Origin: Botryllus schlosseri
Lineage: Eukaryota
Assembly (NCBI GenBank): GCA_051294905.1
Contig: CM119372.1
Coordinates: 4,402,001 to 4,466,000 of the forward strand
DNA: 64,000 nt
Reading direction: 5' to 3'
Shown: positions 13,670-25,458 of the stretch, one piece after another
Layout: every line of letters starts with the position of its first letter
Position numbering within the stretch: position 1 is the first letter of the stretch
Made by a program: the position numbers and the translations under genes
Notes under the pieces: generated by a model
The model's database searches: none
What the model saw: the letters and a program-made list of their open reading frames with translations, nothing else
What the model was told of the DNA's origin: nothing

Positions 13670-13790
13670 CCCATCGATTACAACGGCTTCAAGAAGTTTA
13701 TGGTCGCTTACTTGGAGGCGGAACTGCCCGACCTGCTGTGCATTCACATGTTCAGATCATTCCAAAAAGCAAATACTGAGAAAGGAATCG
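13670..13790 (+). CDS. DGKB: DGK coding exon 3 (PIDYNGFKKFMVAYLEAELPDLLCIHMFRSFQKANTEKGI+G)
   Basis: Acceptor tatttctag|CCC (phase 0); donor G|GTGAGT (phase 1). Matches the DGK N-terminal motif IDFEGFKLFMKTFLEAELP..F..HLFMSF. Absent from the ORF track. Confidence 0.95.
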
Positions 13791-13961
13791 GTGAGTCCCG
13801 CTATAGTTATTATATTATAGTTATTATATTCCCTATTACTAAATGACTTCAATGTTGATCAGTATAGTGTTGAGTTGACCAAGCTCTTATTCGTGGGGCA
13901 CTGTCATAATTTCGATGTTTCATCGTACAATAACTTGCAGAAATGTACTCGTTCATACACC

Positions 13962-14373
13962 TGTAGGTTGCATTTAAAACAAAAATCAATGTAAAATAAT
14001 CCTATTTAAAAGATGTTCCGGGGCCTACGATAAGTTATCGTAGGCCCCGGTTGTTCCTTGTTTGTTGTTATTTTTCGCCGTGACGTCACGAATGTTCAAT
14101 TGTGTCATCGCATGGAAATGGCATTGTTCTATGGTATATGTTGAATGTGAATTAAAAATATACAATCAAGGTGGCTCCTTTGACGAAAACGCTTTCGTAC
14201 ACGGCTGAAACGGACCGAAAAATATCCTTGACCTGGACTAAATCATCATGCAGCATGTTTTTTCTAATGTATTTACAGAATTTTAACGTAATTGTAAACT
14301 TCAGAAATATTTTTTCTAATGGCTTTTGTTCAGAATGTTTTAAAACACCCCTTGTTTTATATGCAACCCCACA
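13962..14373. mobile_element. TGT...ACA-ended non-autonomous element (family H)
   Basis: Ends TGTAGGTTGCAT / ATGCAACCCCACA with TACACC on both flanks. Related copies at ~26000-26133 and 43511-44324. Confidence 0.75.
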
Positions 14374-15123
14374 TACACCGCTGTCTAGCACTTCTTTAAT
14401 TGTTCAAATATTCAATGTTCATTACCTCTATTCTGTAGTTTTTCGGAGAGGGCGATTAAGAACATATACTTTTTATGTCATCATCTGAACGACGTGGAAG
14501 TACACGTTTCCTAAAATACGTTCAAGGCATTTGCGGATTTGCATCTTCTCTGTGCTGATGCACAATGTACAAGTACATATAGACTCCCCCGATTTATTCA
14601 CCCTTTTGTTACTCAGTTATTGGAGTGTTGTATGTCCAAAACGGGGCAGATTTATTTATTTATTTACAAAATCGGATCTATCAGTGTCAAATGTACTTTC
14701 GGAAGGATAAGGTCCTTGGGAATACACAGTCGTTTATCCGCAACTACTGTCGATAATACTGTAATGCAGATTGTGATCGATACCTACAGATACAGTCTCA
14801 ATCGGAAGGTGGTTTGCCTGGATTTCGCTGTCCCACTCGTAAATAATTCAATGCATTTAGCAGACTTGCGTTGTAAATCCATGTTCGCGATATTCTCTTT
14901 CCGTGTCACAAATACGCCCGGCACCTGATAAGCAGGAATTCCAGGCTCTGAGATGGCTACGCACTTACGCAGGGACTATTTATTTGATTATAAACAAGTG
15001 TCAAGATCGTCACTCCCGAACTGAAGAGAGACTGTGTGTGTCAATTGCACGAGTGATTTTTCACCCTTTTACACAATAACTAACATAACCGAAACTTGTT
15101 TCGTTGCACGGTAATCACTATAG

Positions 15124-15607
15124 CAGGGGCGGGCAACTTACGGCCCGCGACGGGATTTTGAGCGGCCCACAGACAGATTCTACCGTGAAAGAGAAATCCC
15201 AACTTGAAAAATGGAAACTTTTTGCGTCACTGAATGAATCCAAATTTGCCAACCTGATAAAAATGGCCTTGTTCTGTTCGGTTCTACATCTGCATGCGTT
15301 CGCGAGCAACTATTTTCGATCATGAACATTAACAAGACAAAAGCTGCGTCCCAATCTAACTGATGTTTACGTGCAGCCTTTACAAAGGGTATCTTCATCC
15401 AGCCAGAGTCCACAGATGTCTCATTGACATCAACGGCTATTGAAGAACATCACGTTAATAAATTCATTGAATACTGTTTTGGTCTATATGCTTTAAACTT
15501 AAAGTTTACATTCGGTACGATTTATTCCTTGTATAGTTGGATAAATACTCAAATAATGTATCGGTTCAGGAATCCGGCCCGCCGATTGGAAGAGTCGCCC
15601 GCCCCTG
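15124..15607 (+). mobile_element. 484-bp hAT (Charlie/SPIN/Buster-type) deletion derivative with transposase relic
   Basis: TIRs CAGGGGCGGGCAAC / GTCGCCCGCCCCTG; perfect 8-bp TSD CACTATAG; frameshifted peptide FASLNESKFANLIKMAL / LFGSTSACVREQLFSIMNINKT / KLRPNLTD. Confidence 0.9.
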
Positions 15608-16124
15608 CACTATAGTCACTATAGTCTCATTTCTGGTTTTCCTGAAAATGCCTCAGGAGAACTGTACAGCGCGAAACGAGTCAAGCTTGCTGTACACTGT
15701 ACAGTGTACACGTACAGATATTTTCCATTCTTGTGCATTGTGCAAGTCTAAGCTAATGTGGAAAAGACTATGTAGCTATAATTCTAATTCTGGTCTAATT
15801 TGGAACAGCCCAAAATTTTCTAGTTGTACAACTCCCTGTTAAATCCTTGTATTCTAACAGGCCGATAGTGGGATTGGGAAGACTCCTCAGCCTCCCATGG
15901 ACACATTTAAATGTTTAACTATCGAATCTAATTTCCGCGGAAAATATTGCGGTAATCCTTTACCGTGCTATCAGGTTTAAGATGATTGCATTACGGGATT
16001 ATTCCGTGGTCTAATATCATTTCTATTGTCTTCAGATCGCCATTGTTGATTACAAAATAGATTAAACTAGATCATTTTGCTGTCTTGCGGTATCACTAAT
16101 CACGAATAATGATCCTTCCGTCAA

Positions 16125-16300
16125 GATAGCGGTCCGACTTCTTGATCGGTGTAGGTTGTGGGTTCGTTCCCCAGACCAAAGACTTGCAGTAAAAGTGGTA
16201 TCCGTGGCTTACCCACTTGGCGCTCAGCATTTCCGAGATAGCATGGAGGGTGGTGCAAGACTTAAAAAGCCGTACACGGCTGTATCTCATTTTCCTTGTA
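16125..16300 (+). mobile_element. tRNA-derived SINE remnant
   Basis: tRNA-like head with B-box-like GGTTCGTTCC (16161-16170), followed by GACCAAAGAC...AAAAGTGGTATCCGTGGCTT...CTTGGCGCTCAGCATT. Confidence 0.6.
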
Positions 16301-18739
16301 AAGCGGCATGCATATCATAGACTCATGGTATGCTTATGCGCAGATCGTATGTATATTTTGACATGGCGTATATGCCGCAAAAGCTATCACGGACAAAAAT
16401 ATATAACGGCCTATTCCTATCCCATCTACACCTTTCTGGCGAATGATACATTCTCAAATGTGCGCAGATGGGTATTAATCTAGTCTTAATGCGTATCAGC
16501 GGCAGATACATCAATATCAAAACATTTTTTGTGGAGGACTACTATTTGAATGCATGAACCCTGCGGTTCGGCCGCCGTGACAAAATATGTATATCGTCGC
16601 GATGGACTCAGAGTAGCTTATGTCTATTTTTACGTCTTGGTAAGATCAGGTTTTTGTAAGATTTTCATTTTCTATCGGCTATGGTTATTGGTTATGTTTG
16701 ACGCAATGTGACAAATAGAACCGTGGTCAAGTTATGACCGAAAGAGAAAGTAAATCTTACAAAAACTTGGTTTCCCAAGATGTTCGCAATGGACATCACC
16801 TAGTCACATCCCACTGCAACGGTGCGAGGAAAACCAATAACTGATGCTATAGTGGCAACATACAGTCTTCTGTAAGGAAAATTTTTTCTCTGTAGTAAGG
16901 CATACGAGTAACCAGTGCATACTTAGCCAGTTATAGCACAACTTACTACAAATATGCTGATCGGAGTCGATGATAGATAATCACCACGTTGCTTCATGTA
17001 TTGATCGTGTAAACAGGCCGTGTTGAGTGTTTAGTTATCTTGGTAGTAACGTGCGGTATCAGATGAGAAATTTTCGATGTGTAACCTTTGTAGTCTGAAA
17101 ATTTTCCGATCACTACTACACCGCGTTCGACATCATTACAGTGAAATTGCCGTATTGTCCCACACGTTGTCTGTAGTATACACTCGAAAATATAGCTACC
17201 AACATACTGTTTCCCCCCAGGCTTGATTGCAGTGTGACTTTAAAATAGTAATGCGAATGCCGCAGTCCGTGAAGTGACGTGCGGCGAGTTTTTACGGTTA
17301 TTTGTGCACCAACTGCTACTATGGCGTATCATTGGTCCGGGAATCCCTATATAGTCGAATACGTTTCTATGCGCTAGACTAGGACATTTTCAGCTTTTTC
17401 AAATTAAATCATAATTATAGCTACACAGTTTATTCCCGATTAGATAGAATTATGAATTATAGCTACACAGATTTTTTCAAATTAGATTAGAAATTGGAAT
17501 CGCAGAATTCGCGAAAACCTGTTTATCGAATCACGGTCAGTTCATATCAGATTAGAGTCTAATCTCGTAAGCACGTGAATGGTAAATGTATCTGCAGCAA
17601 TCTCGGCTCTTTTCGCACTATAGAGTTCTCCTGTTGCGTTTCTTTGAAACACCAGAAGTTAGATTTAAATAAAATTAAACTAGATTGGAATTTGAATACC
17701 GGCATTTCGCTACAATTAGTCTAATTAGATCACTAGAATTATCTAGTTGTCGTCTGATAAGTAGGCTACACACATGGTCATGATCACGTACAACGAATTT
17801 CGTTAAATCTCTCCATATCAGATAATGACGGTGTTGCCTTTAGCAGAAACTTTCAAGCATCTATAATTAGCACTGCGGTTGTGTTGTGATCATCAAATTT
17901 TTCGTGTCTTCACCGACAATTTCTTTCCATATTTGCATGCTGCTCTGATTCGTCATGACTGACCGCAAAATCAGACAAGATAGACATGACGCTGTCGGGG
18001 GCGACCGTGTGTGCCTTATCGTCCGTCACAGGTTGGTAGACTTACCCGAATACCTTTTTGACACGTGCATGGGTGATTCCGCAGGCCGTGACATCACATT
18101 AATCGAATCACACGTGCTATTGAGTTGATTCCTCATTTGTAATCGCGGTATGGATGCGTTTCTATTTGATCAATCGGATATGGAGCTAACAGCTGCGCGT
18201 GATTCCCGAAGCCCGTATGTAAACACAGGCGCTGGGCAAGGCCGAGTAGCCGTGTGTTTCGAATCCGAATCGAGTTCTAGGATACGAGTCCGGTCGAATA
18301 TTCTTGTATCATTCGTTATGACCTCGTAGGAGTGTGGATGATGTGGGAAGTTAAAATCCTACCTTTCGCGCCACCGCAAAGAAAATAATGTCAGATCTAC
18401 TCAGATGTGATCAAAGTAATAGCGTAAATTTCTACTCAAGCACAAGCAGAAGTAGCGATTTACAAGTATATAAGTAAGTATTTCGGCCCAATTTTGCCGA
18501 AAAATCAGAAAAACTCAAGTAGAGGTAAGATGTGGCTAAAATCGTAACAACTTTAGGAAGTACTACAAGCAGGATAAACCGATTTAAAGTACTTCGAAAT
18601 GTAGAATTACTTCGATACCGACCGCCGGCCACACAAAACCTGCTCACGGGCCACGGGTTGGCCGCCACTGGCCTGAAATGACCAAAAAGACCACAAAGGA
18701 TGTCATGACAAATGATGTCATGTGGGACTCTTATATGAA

Positions 18740-18990
18740 AATTGACCTATTTTTAGTCAACACTGACAATATACCGTGAAAGCGGATATTTCTGGAGTCA
18801 AATGTGAAAATGGCCTTTTTTTAGTCTACTTCAACACTGAAAAAGTGACAATACAAGTTGAAAGCGGATATTTCTCTAGTCAGATCTGAAACATGACCTC
18901 TTTTTAGTCAACAGCACATAACTATTGGTAGAAACTGGGTGATTTGGAAGTCGAGCAGGAGTGATGACCTTTTTCTTCAGTCAACACAAG
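18740..18990 (+). repeat. Tandem repeat, ~85-90-bp unit, ~2.5 copies
   Basis: Recurring tttttagtcaacac and gaaagcggatatttct motifs. Confidence 0.7.
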
Positions 18991-19666
18991 ATTTCCATTT
19001 CTATTTCGGTAAACTCACTTTTATGATTTCATGAAAGTGTCATCCTTTTCCCGATTCTAAAATATGGTATAACCGTAATTTTGCGTCAATACTGTGTGTT
19101 GATCATAACTTCACATAAGGTTCATTTCCACTGACATGTGTACAGTGTAGCATTGTTTCATGTTTTGGATACTCTGATACGACTAATTCCGTTGTCAATA
19201 GACTTCCACGTGGGGAAAAAAGCGTTGAAACTATAATTTTCGTTGGTAATGTGATTTTAGTGCCCGAAAAAATCGTCTGTTACTACTAGACTCAATTCAA
19301 TAAAGTTCATGCTCGATTCGGATACTCGAAACACTCTGCCCAGCTCTATATAAGCATTCGGATATTGCTGATTTTTTTCGCCACAAACCGTGATTGGATG
19401 GTGAATTAGTTTATGATTTGTGACCGAAGATTCCGATGTGTACAATCAGTCTGCAGCGTGCCGTGTTAGGATACCATGACCGGCCGATCAGACAAAATCG
19501 TGACTTAGACCAACGCAGGCCACAACCGAACTGCGTCGATCGTCGACTGGCGTTTGAACGCTCAAATGTTTCGGCGCCGATGCAAATGTTCCCCATTGAT
19601 GGCAGAAAGATAGAGTGCCGGCGAAATTGGTGCCGCCCGTCCGATGAGTCTTGTTTTGTGGAACAG

Positions 19667-19768
19667 GACACCAGACCGGTAATATTGTCAACAGCATGGT
19701 CGGTACGCCAATCGCGCTGAGACGCCGGTTCGAGGATGGGAAGCAAAATAACGAAGAAAGAAAAGCCG
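19667..19768 (+). CDS. DGKB: Candidate phase 1-1 cassette exon in the DGK variable linker (GHQTGNIVNSMVGTPIALRRRFEDGKQNNEERKA)
   Basis: Acceptor cttgttttgtggaacag|GA; donor CCG|GTAACA; 102 nt, open, and frame-compatible with both flanking exons; sits in a locally GC-richer block. No conserved motif supports it. Confidence 0.5.
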
Positions 19769-20590
19769 GTAACACCAGCACGAACGCTTGCACGCACTTT
19801 GTATATGCGCAGTCTGATTTGCATGAGCATGCCTGTCGAAAATCATCGAATTAATGTATCACTGTCGCTTCTGTGTCGTAAAGCCGTTAAACTGTGGTAA
19901 CATGGTACTATTGCGACATCAAGCAGGAGTTATTACAATGTTAATTGTGTTAACATTTTCAAGCCGGTGACGTTACGATTCTTACGGGGTGTTACGATTG
20001 TTGATTTACAATGTTCTTCCCAAGTCTCTACTAGTTGCTGACGATTACCCCCGAAGAGTGTCAGCCGAAATTATTCGGGCTCATTTTAATATGAATATAC
20101 TATCCGTTCGTATATTGAAGTTCTGTGCCTCCAAGAAGCTCCTGTCTTAAAGATTGGAAGTATACTCAAAAATCTTTGATGCGCCATGGGGGAAGTTGGT
20201 TTAATGGGGCGATTTCCTTCCAAATCTAGGAAATAATTTTTTTTAACGGACGCTGGATGTCTGTTAAGGCCAGAGTAGCTGGATCACCAGAAAATTGTCA
20301 CCCTTTCAAATTAGATATAGCTCTCGTAATAATGGCTACTCATTTTTCCAAGCTATAACAGAATTAGATTTATGGCTGCGTAGTTTCTTCAAAATTAGAT
20401 TGGAATTAGAATTAGGGAATTCGCAAAATTGCGAATTGAATTAATCACAGTTCGTGCTGATAAGCAGGAGAATGACAAATGTCTGAACACCGTACTTGAA
20501 TTAAAATTAGAGCACTGAAACATTTCACAGATTCAAATTGGTCTAATTAGAGTCTTATTGTCCCCGTCTGACTGTAGTCACGTGATATCA

Positions 20591-21036
20591 TAGGGCTGGG
20601 CACAATGATTCGAGTACTGGAATTTGAATCGAGTATTAATAGTAAGTATTAAAAGTTGATTTTTTCGAGCACTGAATTATACGCTCCTCGCAACTGAAAA
20701 TTAATTTACTAACGAGAGATAAAGTTTTGCTGCTATTTTCCGCTGTGGAAGCCTTGAAGTGACCGGGTCGCAGCATACGAGACATAGTACAAGGCTACAT
20801 GTCAAGAAATGCAATGAAATCGGTATGGTCGAAAAAATACCAAAGTATCTTTATTGTGACGGATAACGGGCAATATGTTCTTAGTAGTTGCGTAAAAGGT
20901 ACACATATTTGAACTTTGACATGGTACATTCTGTTGTGACGTCGTAATGAGTGATACTCGAATGCTCGACTCGACTCGAAGCGTAATACTTGATTCAGAA
21001 TCGAATCACTCAGGTACTCGATTTTGCCCAGCCCTA
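20591..21036. mobile_element. TAGGG-ended MITE rich in (c)tcgagt/gactcga subterminal repeats
   Basis: TIRs TAGGGCTGGGCAC / TTGCCCAGCCCTA; no TSD match. Similar fragments at 1-140, ~23680-23755 and ~45500-45650. Confidence 0.65.
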
Positions 21037-22249
21037 TTTATGAGTGGGAATGTAATTGTGTTGACACCTTGATAGCGTAATTGTACCTGACACATTATCG
21101 TATTCGGTGAAGTACAAGCGGCTTACCTGGAGCACAAAACTGCTTGGTGTTGAAATAAAAGCAGGAAACAAAGTCATATGGTAAGCGGGTGCCGACCTTG
21201 TGTTGAGATTGTATCAGTTCGCGATAAAATATGGGTCTTGTATCTTGAGACAAGATTATAGTGATCAAGTATACGTTTGTAAACACCGGATATGAAGCTG
21301 CGGTTCGGATTAGTTCAGATTTGGCTTTGGATATGAAGTTAAACTCCAAACCCTGTTTTAAATATTAAAATCGGTCATCGCTGGCACATAGGCATAGGTA
21401 CAATTGTATATTCATATTGAAATAAACCCGAATATTTTCAGCTGACACTCGTCAGGGGTAATCGTCAGCAACTAGAAGAGAATTGGAAAGAAAATTGTTT
21501 ATCAAAAATCGTGTCGAGATGGCTTACGCTCAATGTAGCCTACTGCTTTTAGTTGGTACGAGAACTCCTTCTGTTGCGACAAACTAGGTTGGGGTATTTT
21601 GATACAAGTTGACTGTAAGACAGACAAATGAAAGTGTGGCATGATTCCTTGCTTTCACGCTCATTCCAATGGATGAAAAGGAGTCGGGAACACCAATTTT
21701 AACAGAGCTATCTCCATGGTGGGGTGGGTGGGGGTTTCTTGCACGACCTCAAAAGAGCGCATAACGTTTGTACAGTACCGTACGCAGGATCCATTACACC
21801 CCTAGATGTGGCGAGATAGCGTGTTGGTATATGGTTCACCGCTTCAACACCAATGGGCTACTGGTTCTAGTCCGACCGAGGTCGACTCCAGAATTCTTAT
21901 ACCCAAGTGTTGGAGGTTTATCTAGGCTCCTCCACGCCATGTCATCCGCGCAAGCGGTGTTTTATAAAAGCCTAGAAGTGGGCCGTGCTACAAGTCGGTA
22001 AATACGGAATCAATATAAGGAATATTAGCCTGGTGTAAAATGACCAATGTAGCCGAAACACGATGAACATCAAACAAACATACACTTCCATAAGGTTTGG
22101 TGTATTTGAATCGGTTTCACTCTGTGGATGGGTGTGAAAGCAAGATTGAATACATCTCAATGTCAATATATTTCACCTCACTCTGTACTGTATGGTGGAA
22201 TTCTTATAAAAGCTCCTATTTTACACCCATTTATGCAGTGGGTATGGGC

Positions 22250-22460
22250 GAATCGCTTGCGCCTTCACGGTAGGATTACTGCGTGTTACAGACACGATTA
22301 GCCGTTTCATCCAGCCTCGTTAGCATTTAATGTTCATCGACCAGGTAATGCTTCCGAAAATAAATTTGCCACCAGAGCGCACATAGCTTCGGAATCTCAA
22401 TACGCTACCATACAGTAAAGACTGGGAACGAACTTCCGCAAATACTGTGTCTCTCTACGC
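22250..22460 (+). mobile_element. Possible degenerate LINE ORF2 3' relic
   Basis: ccatacagtaaagactgggaacgaacttccg approximates P.TVKDWNELP after one indel, like the CR1-type C-terminal FFPRTIxxWNxLP motif. Confidence 0.35.
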
Positions 22461-25314
22461 GCGCAATACGGTCGTTAAGCACCCAGCTTCCGTTCAAAAA
22501 TTGTTGACACGCGCCAGCTGTATACTACAAGTTTTGGCGAGTAGAGTGTTTTCACACCCAAAGGGCGGTACACATATATGGATTCACAGCGTGCTCCTAT
22601 ATCTATATCCTATATCGATGGAGTAATCCAGGGTTTGTCATTCCGCCTACCGTGTTCGTCGCCTGTATCGCACGGCGCTAAATTCGCGGAGATATCCCTA
22701 CATCACCCGTAACATCCATTATTCAAGGGCGATGACGCAGATAAGAATATTTGGTTGTAAAAATAGAATTTATACCGCAGGGACTGTGCGTCTCTGATTG
22801 GTGTACTGATTGCAGAGCTTGACAACCAGGAAACTTTAAATTTTTTCAAATTAGATGCGAATTAGAATTACAGCTGCACAGTATTTTCCGAATTAGACTT
22901 GAAGCAGAAATAAAGCTGTACATATTTTCCGAATTATATCCTAATTATTGAATTACTGAATTACTGAAACCTCAAAAACATGGAAATTGATTGAAATTCC
23001 GAATTACAAAGACATACAACAAAAATCGAGTTCGTACCAAATCATAGTTCATTCCCGCAAACACGAGAATGGCAAATGTCTGCACACCGAGGTTGACTCG
23101 TTTCGCGCTACATTGCAGCGCGAAACTGCAGCATTTTCAGGAAAACCAGTAATTAGATTAGAATTACAATTGGAGCATAGGAATATTTCACAAATTAGAT
23201 CAGAATGAAATTAGAGGCATTTCCCGAAAATTCGTCTAATAAGACAACTGGAGCAGGGGTTCTCAAACTTTATATTTTCGGAATCGGTGCGACAGTAGCT
23301 TTGGATCAAGACCAGATTCAGTAAATTCTGCGCTATGGAAGATAACTTTTGGATTGCTAGAAATCCTACTGTCGCTGCGCCGCAAAACAATTCGGATTAC
23401 AGCTTCAAGCGTATAGCGGAACGAAGCTGCAAAATCGGTCGTTGCCATTCCAAGTTAACATTCGATGGTTTCACAGAACTTTGTGTCAATACTGCGGGTT
23501 TATCACAACTCCACAGATATGTTGTTTCCACTAACGTGCGTAGCTTAGCACTACATGTTGCGTATATGCTGCAATACGACCAATCGAGGTTTGCTGCCTT
23601 CCACGGTGGATGATAGTATCGGAACTATAATTCTCGTCCTAGTGGCAAGCAGCGTAAAATTTTAGTACTCAAATAAACCGTCTCTTAATATTCGACCCGA
23701 CTTATTAGAATTATTACTAGATTCAGGTTCGCGCACTCGAATCATTGTTAGCCCTAGTAGCAATAACAGTCGAGAGGCGCTACCGTGACGAACCGGGAAA
23801 TAGCAGATCTTAGCCACCGGTATCAGCGCGTAATAACCTTGCGAGATTGTACCAACAAACAGCGTGAAGTACGTCCGGTCGAAAGTCGCAGGTGACGAAA
23901 CTCTATCTCTCGAGGATATAATTGCATAGCGTCACTCGCTCATCAGATAGAAACAATATGCTCCTTTGCAAGGACAATACGGATATGACGACAGCGGCTT
24001 GATGATAGAGTATTTACCGAACGCTGTCATAGTGCATGTTGTTTTTGATGAATTCATTTGCTTGTGAATGTGTTGTGTTCACTACCGCGCGCTGCGTCGA
24101 TACATCTGGCGACAGATATACTGTTACAAATAAGCCGCCGTTAGATTGGGAATGGCGATTTGGATTGGCGGTGGTGTCTATCGTGCTGGTAAGCGCTGTC
24201 GGGCACGCCACGTATTAGCAGATACAGAGATTAACCATCTTACTGACCCTGATGCATAATTTAAAACATTCTCACAATATTCTGGCTTGGTTTCAAGAAG
24301 TCGGCTTTAGTAATTTATTTCCGATGCTGTTCTCGCACGAAACTTAGTTTCCTTGATATTTCGAAACCTCTTCCTGTCGATTCTACGTCGCCCCCCCTCA
24401 CTTTGACCTTACATTGCCCACAGCCGCTTCTCCAATAATTTATTGCTCTCGGTATGAAGACATGACATCTGGCATTTTTGTCTTGCTAGAAGCAAGTACT
24501 CCATAGTTTTGCGACTTGGAAATTTTCAACTATTTCAATTATAATTACCATTACTGAATTCGCAAAAAGAAATTGGAAATGGAAATAATTTCCAAATAAG
24601 AAAGAAACACAGCAAAAATCAAGTTCAGTTCATATCAAATCAGAGTTCATTATCGTAAGTATGAGAATGACTAATATCTGTACACCAAGCCTGGCTCGTT
24701 TCGCACCATACAGTTATCCTGTAACACTTTTAGTAAAACCAGAAATTAGATAAAGATTTTAAATTAGGGTATAGAAACATTTCACAAATTAGATTACAAT
24801 TAGGTTACCGGCATTTCCCTCCCAATAATCTAATTAGACATCTAGAATTATATAGCTAAAGTTTGATCTCTGCCCAACTATATGCGCGCGCGCTCTAGTA
24901 ATCTGGTCAGTAACTCCTTATTATTGGGAGTACTCAAGTATAGGCTTTGTTGACTTACGCTACTTACTCTAATGGTTATGATTTAGTTAGACCATTTCTA
25001 CTTCACATTTCTCAGTTTTTTTTGGTAAAAACTAGGCTCAGCATACATACTTTTTACTTACTTTGAAATATATATTTCTGCTTGTCCGTGAGTAGAGATT
25101 TTGTTACTTAATCTTGACTACCAACGAAATGACCACTTTAACCACCTTTATCCTATAGTGAAGCGTTTGTCACGTTCACGTCATAGATATCGATAATTGA
25201 ACGAGAATCCATCATTTATTAATACAGCGAGACGCGCTATAGGTATGATTTCTTGTCGTTGTCGCCTATAAGGCGAAACGAAACAGTTTCTTTTTACCAT
25301 CCCTTCACTTCTAG

Positions 25315-25458
25315 AGGTGGACGGAAAAGCCAACTCCCTCCGCCCGCCCGCTTCTGGGGATGAGCCGTCCGTCACAATCGAGGACTCGAACGATAACGTT
25401 GTCAAGAAGACGGCCGACAATAGTGAAACGAAAAATCTATCACTGACTGTACCATCAG
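25315..25458 (+). CDS. DGKB: DGK linker exon (EVDGKANSLRPPASGDEPSVTIEDSNDNVVKKTADNSETKNLSLTVPS+G)
   Basis: Long pyrimidine tract ending cttcacttctag|AG; donor CAG|GTTTGT; 144 nt, phase 1-1, open; low-complexity S/P/D-rich linker. Confidence 0.8.

Noticed and set aside
16020-16070. Good acceptor ttctattgtcttcag in intron 3
   Set aside because: Stop codon in the required phase-1 frame.
18010-18075. Good acceptor ccttatcgtccgtcacag
   Set aside because: TAG two codons into the required frame.
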